Source of the DNA: Ignavibacteria bacterium
GTDB lineage: Bacteria > Bacteroidota > Ignavibacteria > Kapaibacteriales > Kapaibacteriaceae
Direction of reading: 5' to 3'
Length of the DNA stretch: 64,000 nt
Assembly (NCBI GenBank): GCA_013204605.1
Contig: JABMNI010000014.1
Span: forward strand, 55,151 to 119,150
Shown here: positions 56,618 to 64,000 of the stretch, piece by piece
How positions within the stretch are numbered: position 1 is the stretch's first letter
Layout: the number at the start of each line of letters is the position of its first letter
Notes under the pieces: model-generated
What the model saw: the letters and a program-made list of their open reading frames with translations, nothing else
Databases searched by the model: none
What the model was told of the DNA's origin: nothing
Made by a program: the position numbers and the translations under genes

Positions 56618-57666
56618 CGTTGTGATGTCTTGGGGTCGAAGGCATCTCTTAGACCGTCACCAAACAGGTTTAATGAAATCACTGCAATAGCCATTGCAAT
56701 ACTTGGGAACAACGTCATGCCCCAGTTAGTGCCCAGGGCAATGTAGCCGTAGCCGTCCTTGATCATCTGTCCCCATGATGGGGTAGGGGGCTGAACCCCG
56801 AGTCCAATAAAACTCAATGAAGCCTCGGCAATGATTGCGGTTGCAAAACCTGCCGTGGCTAAAACAATTATTGGACCGGCGGCATTGGGAAGCATGTGAC
56901 GGAATATGGTGCGGACGGTGCCAAATCCCATGGCTCGCGTTGCCTCGATATACTCTTGTTCGCGAATGGAAAAAAACTGACCCCGCACAATACGCGCAAT
57001 ATCTACCCACGATGAAATGCCAATTGCCACAAATGTCTGCCAGTAGCCTTTGCCCAGAATTACACTGAACGCAACCACTAACAAAATGGTGGGGAACGAC
57101 CACACCACATTTACCAGCCACATAATTACATCGTCAACTCCACCACGAAAGTATCCGGCTAACGACCCAAGAATGATTCCAATAATCAACGCAATCGATT
57201 CAGAGATAAGTCCCACACTCAACGAAATTCTCATACCATACACGAGGCGCGTAAACATATCGCGTCCAAACCTATCGGTACCCAAAAGAAACGTCGGTTC
57301 TGCCGACCACTCATCTTTGTTCGCACCCTGTAGCATGCTGGTTGGAATCACGTACGGCTGCCCAGCTGGATCTGTGTAATGCACGCTATCTCCAACCTCG
57401 CTAAAACTCTCCACCGCAATAATGGAAGGCTGATCGGGGTTAGCGGAATTTTTCTTGTACAGAATTTTACCGCTAAAGCCAGCCGGCTTAACTGAGTATT
57501 CAAGAATTTGAACGGTTGGACTGAACGGCGTTATTAGTGGCGCTGCAACAGCCATGAAGATCATGGTTGTTAGAACGATCATTCCAATCAACGCACCGGG
57601 ATTTTTTCTAAGACGTCGCCAAGCCTGTCTGGAAGGAGTATCAACAACTATTTTACTTTGCTTCAT
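56614..57666 (-). CDS. Oligopeptide/dipeptide ABC transporter permease (OppC/DppC family)
   Basis: EAA-loop region EYIEATRAMGFGTVRTIFRHMLPNAAGPIIV. N-terminal OppC-type extension. 6 TM segments. Confidence 0.8.
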   Translation of the reverse strand: MKQSKIVVDTPSRQAWRRLRKNPGALIGMIVLTTMIFMAVAAPLITPFSPTVQILEYSVKPAGFSGKILYKKNSANPDQPSIIAVESFSEVGDSVHYTDPAGQPYVIPTSMLQGANKDEWSAEPTFLLGTDRFGRDMFTRLVYGMRISLSVGLISESIALIIGIILGSLAGYFRGGVDDVIMWLVNVVWSFPTILLVVAFSVILGKGYWQTFVAIGISSWVDIARIVRGQFFSIREQEYIEATRAMGFGTVRTIFRHMLPNAAGPIIVLATAGFATAIIAEASLSFIGLGVQPPTPSWGQMIKDGYGYIALGTNWGMTLFPSIAMAIAVISLNLFGDGLRDAFDPKTSQR

Positions 57667-58652
57667 GATACTCTCACTTTCGGATCCAGCAGACTATATA
57701 TCACGTCCGACGCGGCATTCACAATTACAAAAACTATCGCAGTCAACAGCACAACTCCCTGAATCATTGGATAGTCCAATTTTTCGATAGCACTAAATGC
57801 TGCCAGCCCAATGCCCGGCCAGTTAAAAATAAACTCAATGAAGTACGTGCCCGCCAGCAGACCGGCAAACCATGCACTCACCGTAGTCACAACCGGATTC
57901 AACGCATTACGCAAAGCATGCTTCATAAATACTCGAATACTGCTTAGCCCCTTAGCCCTAGCCGTGCGAACATAGTCCTGTCCCAACACATCCAACATGC
58001 TGGAACGCGTAACACGCGCAATAATCGAAAGCGGTCTGATTGCCAACGTCACCATGGGCAACACCAAATGTTCCCACCCCCGATCTATATACCCGCTATT
58101 AGGGAACCATTCCAGCACCACACCAAACACCAGCACGAACAAAAGTCCCACAACAAATGCTGGCAACGAAATGCCGAGGAGCGAGGTGGACATGGTGAGC
58201 GAATCAACCCAGGAGTTCGCACGCCACGAGGCTATCACTCCGAGTATCACGCCAAGAATTGTTGCAATCAAAATCGACGACACCGCAAGAAGTGCCGTGG
58301 CTGGCAACCGTTCTTCGATGGTTTCGCGCACCGATCTTTGCGTTGCAATGGACTTTCCAAGATCGCCATGCCGCACTATGTTATATATGTACATGCCTAT
58401 TTGGGTGTAAAGGGGCTTATCCAGACCCAATTGCACGCGCATATTTTGCACCGAGGCCGAATCTGCACGTTGTCCAAGCAAAACCCGTGCAGGATCGCCC
58501 GGAGGTCGGATGAAAAACGTGACTATAATTACGCCGAGCAACACAAGTACCGTGTAAAAAAGTTTGCGTGGATTGAAGACAGTTAGCAGCAATGCCACAA
58601 TTCGACTTTGTGAATTTTTAGCCAAGTTTTGTTGCTCCGTGTGATTGAACAA
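57663..58652 (-). CDS. Oligopeptide/dipeptide ABC transporter permease (OppB/DppB family)
   Basis: DYVRTARAKGLSSIRVFMKHALRNALNPVVT (the EAA loop). 6 TM segments. Overlaps the downstream permease gene by 4 nt, as is typical. Confidence 0.8.
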   Translation of the reverse strand: MFNHTEQQNLAKNSQSRIVALLLTVFNPRKLFYTVLVLLGVIIVTFFIRPPGDPARVLLGQRADSASVQNMRVQLGLDKPLYTQIGMYIYNIVRHGDLGKSIATQRSVRETIEERLPATALLAVSSILIATILGVILGVIASWRANSWVDSLTMSTSLLGISLPAFVVGLLFVLVFGVVLEWFPNSGYIDRGWEHLVLPMVTLAIRPLSIIARVTRSSMLDVLGQDYVRTARAKGLSSIRVFMKHALRNALNPVVTTVSAWFAGLLAGTYFIEFIFNWPGIGLAAFSAIEKLDYPMIQGVVLLTAIVFVIVNAASDVIYSLLDPKVRVS

Positions 58653-59484
58653 GCGAGTCGATAGTCACCAATGTAGGTTCGTCTACCGGCAATCCTAAAA
58701 ACTGATTGGCAAGTTTTGAAAACGACGGTGAGTAATCTGTAACGTACATCGAAATGTGATTTGCGTTATCTGATTCAGCGGATGACGTAAGATTCAACCC
58801 TACTACATCTTCTGCCGCACATTCGCCACAGTCGATGAGCGTTACCCCCGGCAAGATAGATTGCAGTAACGGCGAAAGCAGCGGATAGTGCGTGCAACCC
58901 AGCACTAACGTATCGATACCGTTTGCAATTAAGGGTCGTAAATATTCCTCAGCAATCAGCCGAGTGGCCGGAGAGTTTAGCCAACCCTCTTCGACTAGCG
59001 GTACAAATAACGGACACGGTCGGCTGTGTACGTGATGTAAAGCCCGTTTCAAATCACCAAAACCGGAAATCTGGAGTGCATACGAGTCCGAAGCAATGGT
59101 GGCTCGGGTGCCAATTACGCCAATGTGATTGTTATGTGTTGCATTCGAAGCGGCTTGGGCTGCGCTGGAAATAACTCCAATTATTGGGATTTCAAATTCA
59201 GCTTGTAGGGTATCTAAGGCAAGGGCCGAGGCGGTATTACAGGCCACCACGATCAGCTTTACATCGTGTTGCTTTAAAAACGTGGCGCACTGAAGCGAAT
59301 ACTGCTTTACGGTTTCGGCTGACTTGTTGCCGTAGGGTACGCGGGCGGTGTCGCCAAGGTAAATGAACGACTCATTGGGAAGCTTGCGTACCAAATGCCG
59401 TAGCACAGTGAGTCCGCCAATGCCCGAATCGAAAACGCCAATTGGTTTATTGTTAAGCTGCATTGCAGCAAAGATAGATAGCAA
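58618..59484 (-). CDS. murI: Glutamate racemase
   Basis: IGVFDSGIGGLTV, VVACNTAS and LGCTHYPLL motifs. The true start may be the Met at ~59463 (MQLNNKP). Confidence 0.85.
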   Translation of the reverse strand: MLSIFAAMQLNNKPIGVFDSGIGGLTVLRHLVRKLPNESFIYLGDTARVPYGNKSAETVKQYSLQCATFLKQHDVKLIVVACNTASALALDTLQAEFEIPIIGVISSAAQAASNATHNNHIGVIGTRATIASDSYALQISGFGDLKRALHHVHSRPCPLFVPLVEEGWLNSPATRLIAEEYLRPLIANGIDTLVLGCTHYPLLSPLLQSILPGVTLIDCGECAAEDVVGLNLTSSAESDNANHISMYVTDYSPSFSKLANQFLGLPVDEPTLVTIDSLVQSHGATKLG

Positions 59485-59515
59485 TCAAATTGCCGAGTGC
59501 GTATGTTCGCTACGA

Positions 59516-61060
59516 ATGAAATTCACACTTCGAACACGGTTGGCACTAATGTATGGTGCCTTGGTTGCGCTAACGGCGGTAATTTTTGCCGTTGTGGCGT
59601 ACTATACTGTATCGAATGAATTGTATGCTAATCTTGATGCTTCGTTAAGTAGGGCAGGCACCTCACTTTTAGCCGTAATTCGAAAAGAACAGCAGTCGGT
59701 AAACACTCCGTTGGCTCCCGTAAAAAGGGGCCGTGAAAAACGTCCGTTTAACGTATTTGAATTTCTGTCAAGAAGTTCGCTGCGAAATTTCGTGGGTCCG
59801 ATACCAGTCCCGGCCGCTAATTCTACTGCCGATCAAGATCCGGTTTGGAGCGCTGTGTACGAACACATGTTGTTGAATTCCTCCAGCTACATGTTTCAGG
59901 TGGTCGATCCGAAAGGAGTGTTGGTGTGGAGGTCGGATAATATGCTGACCGATAGCATGCCTACGTTTGAGTCGCTCGAAAGTCAAGGCGCCCCCATTGT
60001 AGATGACTGGATATTCACGTACTACACGCTGCGGGGCACCCGGTATCGGCTAGTGGTAACCAGAACAGAAACGGCTCAAATTGCGGCTGCCTATCCTGCG
60101 GCCGAAGTTGATGCAACTCTGCGCAGTCTTTTTGCCCTGATGCTCTATGCTATTCCGTTTTTGATTCTCATTTCTGTTGTTGTGGGATGGTTTTTGGCAA
60201 GGGGCTCATTGAAACCTGTAGATGTAATTACGCAGTCGGCAAGGCGCATTACAGCCGAGCATTTGTCTCAAAGACTTCCCATGCCGCCAACCAACGATGA
60301 GATTGCTCGATTGACGCAGACCTTGAATGATATGATAGCAAGATTGGAAGCTTCGTTTACACAGATACGTCAGTTTACTAGTGATGCCTCGCACGAACTG
60401 AAAACTCCGCTGGCCATTCTAATGGGCGAATTAGAAATTGCGTTACGATCAAAGCAGACAGATGATGAGGTACAGGCCACGCTTCATAGTTGCTTGGAAG
60501 AGGTAGAACGCTTAGCCAATGTGGTACAAAGTTTATTAGACCTTTCGCGTGCAGAGTCGGGTCAGGAGTTGATTGAATTTAAGCCGTTGCGCTTCGACCT
60601 TCTAACACTCGATGTATGTGAAGACATCGCCATTTTGGCTGAGCCAAAGAATATCGAAGTCACTACTAGTATCGACTCTGATATCACCGTTCTAGGTGAT
60701 AAAATGCGTCTGCATCAGCTGTTGTTGAACGTGATCGAAAACGCCGTTAAATACACCATGCCGAATGGCAAGGTATCTGTCCAACTGTTCGCCGATGGCC
60801 GAAATGCAGTGCTGTGCATAATGGATACCGGCATCGGAATTCCCGGGGAATTACAGTCGAAGGTCTTCGACCGATTTTTCAGAGTGGATAAATCCAGATC
60901 GCAAAGTGTACACGGAACTGGTTTGGGACTATCCATCGTGCACTGGATAGTAATAGCACACAAGGGTAGTATTGCCGTGGATAGTAAGGAAAACGTTGGC
61001 ACCACATTTACGATATCGATCCCATTATACAATGATAGTGCGAAAGACAGTACGGCTTAA
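59516..61060 (+). CDS. Sensor histidine kinase (2 TM + HAMP + HisKA + HATPase_c)
   Basis: The ORF track starts at 59363, overlapping murI. I prefer ATG 59516 (MKFTLRTRLALMYGALVALTAVIFAV). H-box SHELKTPLAIL. ATPase boxes NAVKYT, DTGIGIP, GTGLGLSIV. Confidence 0.8.
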   Translation: MKFTLRTRLALMYGALVALTAVIFAVVAYYTVSNELYANLDASLSRAGTSLLAVIRKEQQSVNTPLAPVKRGREKRPFNVFEFLSRSSLRNFVGPIPVPAANSTADQDPVWSAVYEHMLLNSSSYMFQVVDPKGVLVWRSDNMLTDSMPTFESLESQGAPIVDDWIFTYYTLRGTRYRLVVTRTETAQIAAAYPAAEVDATLRSLFALMLYAIPFLILISVVVGWFLARGSLKPVDVITQSARRITAEHLSQRLPMPPTNDEIARLTQTLNDMIARLEASFTQIRQFTSDASHELKTPLAILMGELEIALRSKQTDDEVQATLHSCLEEVERLANVVQSLLDLSRAESGQELIEFKPLRFDLLTLDVCEDIAILAEPKNIEVTTSIDSDITVLGDKMRLHQLLLNVIENAVKYTMPNGKVSVQLFADGRNAVLCIMDTGIGIPGELQSKVFDRFFRVDKSRSQSVHGTGLGLSIVHWIVIAHKGSIAVDSKENVGTTFTISIPLYNDSAKDSTA

Positions 61061-61111
61061 TGATTCGTTGTCCGTAGTTTTGCACGTTGTACGTTTAATT
61101 TTACGGACTCT

Positions 61112-64000
61112 ATGTTCGCCTCATTCCCCGACGATTTTACATATCCCAAACTAGAGCAAGACATTCTTGAGTACTGGGAGTCTAACGATGTTTTTGCCCA
61201 GTCATTAAAGCTCCGAGAAAACGCACCACTATTCACGTTCTATGAGGGTCCGCCAACTGTAAACGGAAAGCCGGGAATCCATCACGTTTTGGCGCGCACC
61301 ATTAAGGATGCGTTCTGCCGATACAAAACCATGCAAGGGTTCAGCGTCCGGCGTCAGGCAGGTTGGGATACCCATGGTCTGCCGGTGGAACTAGCCGTAG
61401 AAAAAGAACTCGGCATTACAGACAAATCGCAAATCGAAATTCTGGGCATTGCCAAATTCAACGAAGCTTGTAAAGACTTTGTGTATCGGAACATTTCGAT
61501 GGACGATGGATGGCGCACCCTTACACGCAGGATGGGCTACTGGCTCGATCTAGATTCCGCGTACATTACATGCACCAACAACTACATCGAATCCGTTTGG
61601 TGGGCTTTAAAAACCTTCTACGAAAAAGATCTCATCTATAAAGGGTTCAAGGTTGTTCCGCAATCGCCTACATTGGGAACGCCCCTTTCAAGTCATGAAC
61701 TCTCACTCAATTACAAAGAAGTTCGCGACGCAAATGTGTACGTGAAGGTAAAGATCACTTCGAGTGGTATTCCACAGGCCGTGGGTGCGGAAATCTTGGT
61801 GTGGACCACCACGCCGTGGACGTTATTTGCAAACGTGGCGTTGGCCGTGGGCGCAGATATTACCTACGTATTGGTCAACTCTACACGCACCGTTGGCGAA
61901 AACACCTTTAACGAAAAACTCATCCTTGCCGAGTCGAGACTCGAAATGCTGGACGGTGAAATAGAAGTTGTAGATTCTTTTAAGGGGGCTGACCTGGTTG
62001 GCAGCGAATACGAGCAGATCTTTACGGATGTCATATTGGATTTGAATGAATATCCTAACGCTCTAAAAATTCACCCGGCTGATTTTGTTACCACGCAGGA
62101 TGGATCGGGTGTTGTACACATTGCCCCTGCATTTGGTCAGGATGACTTCGAGCTTTCCAAGGAATTCAAGCTTCCCGTACCCCAACCTGTAACGCCTAAC
62201 GGTCGGTTTACCGACGAAATCGCCCAATTTGCCGGTAGAGGAGTAAAGCAGTTCACCTATGCCGACCATACCGAGGAGGGGGCTGACCGTGATATAGTAA
62301 GACAACTCAAAACCGTAGGTAAGATTTACAAATCGGCGTTCGATTACCTGCACAGCTATCCTCATTGCTGGCGAACTGACAATCCGGTTATTTATTATGC
62401 CCGCGATTCGTGGTTTATCACTTCGCCCAAATACAAAACTGAACTTGTTGAAAAAAATGCAACTATTGGTTGGCATCCTCCGGAAATTGGCGAGGGGAGA
62501 TTCGGAAATTGGCTTGAAGAAGTCAAAGAATGGTCACTATCGAGAGACAGGTTTTGGGGAACTCCGCTACCAATTTGGGTTAACGAAACCGATGGCGATC
62601 ATTTTGCCATAGGAAGTATTGAGGAACTGAAACAAGGACTCTATGAAAGTGAAGATGGCAAGGTAATTCCCGTGGCCGAATGCGGAATTGAAATTGACCT
62701 GCACCGACCATTTGTAGACAACGTCATTTTTGTCCGCAACGGAAAAACGTATCGGAGAACTCGAGAAGTAATTGATGTCTGGTTCGATTCAGGAAGTATG
62801 CCGTTTGCACAATTTCACTATCCGTTCGAAAACGTGGACCTGTTCGAGAAATCATTTCCGGCAGATTTTATTGCCGAGGGAATCGATCAGACCAGAGGTT
62901 GGTTCTATACCCTTCACAATATTGCCGTGGCACTCTTTGACAGTGTGGCCTACAAGCACGTAATTGTGAATGACCTTGTGTTGGACAAGAGCGGTCAAAA
63001 AATGTCGAAGTCGAAGGGGAACACGGTAGACCCCTTTGCGTTGTTTGACAAGTACGGAGCCGATGCGATTCGGTGGTACCTCATGGCATCGTCGCCGCCA
63101 TGGAAAGCCAAGTCATTCAATGAAGAAGACGTTGCAAAGACCGTGGTTGCTGACTTCTTTAGGTCATTGACGAATACCTACCAGTTCTTTTGCATGTACG
63201 CTAACGTTGATGGGTACACCGGCGAAGAAGCACAAATTCCGGTAACGGACCGGCCAGAAATTGACCAATGGATAGTGTCGAAGTTGAACACCGTGGCAAA
63301 AGAATATGCCGCGCTAATGGACGGATACGACATTACAAAAGCCTGCCGTTTAGTTCAAGAATTTATGATCGAAGATGTTTCAAATTGGTACGTAAGAAGA
63401 AACCGCCGACGTTTTTGGAAAGGCGAGTACGATGATGATAAACGTGCGGCCTACCAAACTCTTCAGGAAGTATTAGTTGAGGTCAGCAAATTCATCGCAC
63501 CTATCGCTCCATTCCTCTCAGAAAATCTTTTCAAAAGAATTTGCACAGTTGATAATTTGAGTGTTCATTGTAGTATATTGCGTCCATTCGATGTAGCATT
63601 GATTGACGAGAATCTTGAACATCGCATGTTGCAAGCGCAACGAATTTCTTCGCTTGCACGTTCTTTGAGAGAAAAAGCCCGAATAAAAACGCGTCAACCA
63701 CTTCGCAGAATTTTATTACCAGTAGATAGTCCGGCAATGCGCAGGCAAATTCAAACCGTGGAAGATATTATTCTTGAGGAGATCAACGTAAAGGAAATTG
63801 AATACGTTGCGGATGACACAAACATTGTTCGAAGGAGTGCGAAACCAAATTTCAAAATCATCGGAAAGAAATATGGCGAGCACACTCAAACAGTGGCGAA
63901 TGCAATTCGGTCTCTTACTAGCGATCAAATCCGAAAGCTGGAACAATCTTCAGTAATTGTACTAACTATGGCTGAAGAGACCCTTCAAATTGATTTTGAA
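61112..64000 (+). CDS. ileS: Isoleucyl-tRNA synthetase. The N-terminal ~960 aa are in the window; the gene continues past the window end.
   Basis: ATG at 61112 gives MFASFPDDFTYPKLEQDILEYWESNDVF...FYEGPPTVNGKPGIHHVLARTIKD (a HIGH-type motif, HHV variant). KMSKS is at ~62995 (GQKMSKSKGN). It is absent from the ORF track because there is no stop in the window. Confidence 0.85.
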   Translation, partial: MFASFPDDFTYPKLEQDILEYWESNDVFAQSLKLRENAPLFTFYEGPPTVNGKPGIHHVLARTIKDAFCRYKTMQGFSVRRQAGWDTHGLPVELAVEKELGITDKSQIEILGIAKFNEACKDFVYRNISMDDGWRTLTRRMGYWLDLDSAYITCTNNYIESVWWALKTFYEKDLIYKGFKVVPQSPTLGTPLSSHELSLNYKEVRDANVYVKVKITSSGIPQAVGAEILVWTTTPWTLFANVALAVGADITYVLVNSTRTVGENTFNEKLILAESRLEMLDGEIEVVDSFKGADLVGSEYEQIFTDVILDLNEYPNALKIHPADFVTTQDGSGVVHIAPAFGQDDFELSKEFKLPVPQPVTPNGRFTDEIAQFAGRGVKQFTYADHTEEGADRDIVRQLKTVGKIYKSAFDYLHSYPHCWRTDNPVIYYARDSWFITSPKYKTELVEKNATIGWHPPEIGEGRFGNWLEEVKEWSLSRDRFWGTPLPIWVNETDGDHFAIGSIEELKQGLYESEDGKVIPVAECGIEIDLHRPFVDNVIFVRNGKTYRRTREVIDVWFDSGSMPFAQFHYPFENVDLFEKSFPADFIAEGIDQTRGWFYTLHNIAVALFDSVAYKHVIVNDLVLDKSGQKMSKSKGNTVDPFALFDKYGADAIRWYLMASSPPWKAKSFNEEDVAKTVVADFFRSLTNTYQFFCMYANVDGYTGEEAQIPVTDRPEIDQWIVSKLNTVAKEYAALMDGYDITKACRLVQEFMIEDVSNWYVRRNRRRFWKGEYDDDKRAAYQTLQEVLVEVSKFIAPIAPFLSENLFKRICTVDNLSVHCSILRPFDVALIDENLEHRMLQAQRISSLARSLREKARIKTRQPLRRILLPVDSPAMRRQIQTVEDIILEEINVKEIEYVADDTNIVRRSAKPNFKIIGKKYGEHTQTVANAIRSLTSDQIRKLEQSSVIVLTMAEETLQIDFE

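Noticed and set aside
56726-57121. 131-aa His/Cys-rich minus-strand ORF in an alternate frame of the OppC-like gene
   Set aside because: It overlaps a clear permease CDS in a different frame. The composition bias is produced by the frame shift, not by selection.
59363-59515. Upstream start for the sensor kinase that overlaps murI by ~120 nt
   Set aside because: The internal Met at 59516 begins directly with the first TM helix. The upstream extension is Cys/Ser-rich and overlaps murI on the opposite strand.
1-64000. CRISPR arrays, integrases, transposases, phage genes, restriction-modification or toxin-antitoxin pairs
   Set aside because: I looked for short direct repeats with spacers, and for tyrosine/serine recombinase, transposase or phage-structural motifs near both tRNAs. 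None was found. The tRNA-Lys and tRNA-Leu genes are flanked by ordinary chromosomal genes and terminators, not by an island.

Overview
This is a ~64 kb, densely coding chromosomal segment (about 50 CDS on both strands and 2 tRNA genes) from a bacterium that encodes type IX secretion (T9SS) cargo. Two proteins carry T9SS C-terminal sorting domains, which points to an FCB-group lineage (Bacteroidota, Ignavibacteriota or Chlorobi-like). No CRISPR array, integrase or transposase was seen.

Main blocks, in order:
- 1-3265: housekeeping genes (acyl-CoA ligase, threonine aldolase, thioesterase).
- 3290-5676: an ECF sigma / anti-sigma / lipoprotein operon on the minus strand.
- 5767-7275: a NagZ-like GH3 hexosaminidase.
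- 7386-18330: a surface-polysaccharide biosynthesis and export locus (rfbB, wecC, wecB, Wza-like, Wzx-like, a phosphoglycosyl transferase, two GT2 enzymes, one of them fused to a degenerate PGT domain).
- 18323-19276: accA.
- 19319-21238: an unusual RGG/YGG-repeat protein fused to an apparently inactive pseudouridine-synthase fold.
- 21183-24407: an MsbA-like ABC exporter and a beta-CASP RNase.
- 24523-27005: aspA, a cupin-ArsC fusion and a small DUF2132-like protein.
- 27129-36165: a three-gene cluster of secreted or outer-membrane proteins (a 606-aa beta-barrel-like protein, a 1676-aa giant protein and a 717-aa FN3-repeat protein) with no recognisable family. This is the best candidate for an undescribed cell-surface system.
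- 36216-36289: tRNA-Lys. 36377-38296: dxs.
- 38382-45592: two paralogous double-OmpA-domain proteins (one with a poly-Pro hexanucleotide repeat) bracketing a beta-barrel protein, an APC permease and a LysE exporter.
- 45596-50357: a DUF1800/DUF1501 pair, in which DUF1501 carries both a Tat signal and a T9SS C-terminal domain, followed by a Tat-signal FAD oxidoreductase.
- 50591-51316: a lipoprotein. 51373-51456: tRNA-Leu.
- 51519-53759: a beta-propeller T9SS cargo protein.
- 53817-61060: ribH, a PHP phosphoesterase, holA, two peptide-ABC permeases, murI and a sensor kinase.
- 61112 to window end: the 5' part of ileS.

All functional calls come from reading the translated ORFs by eye for conserved motifs. 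No database searches were run.
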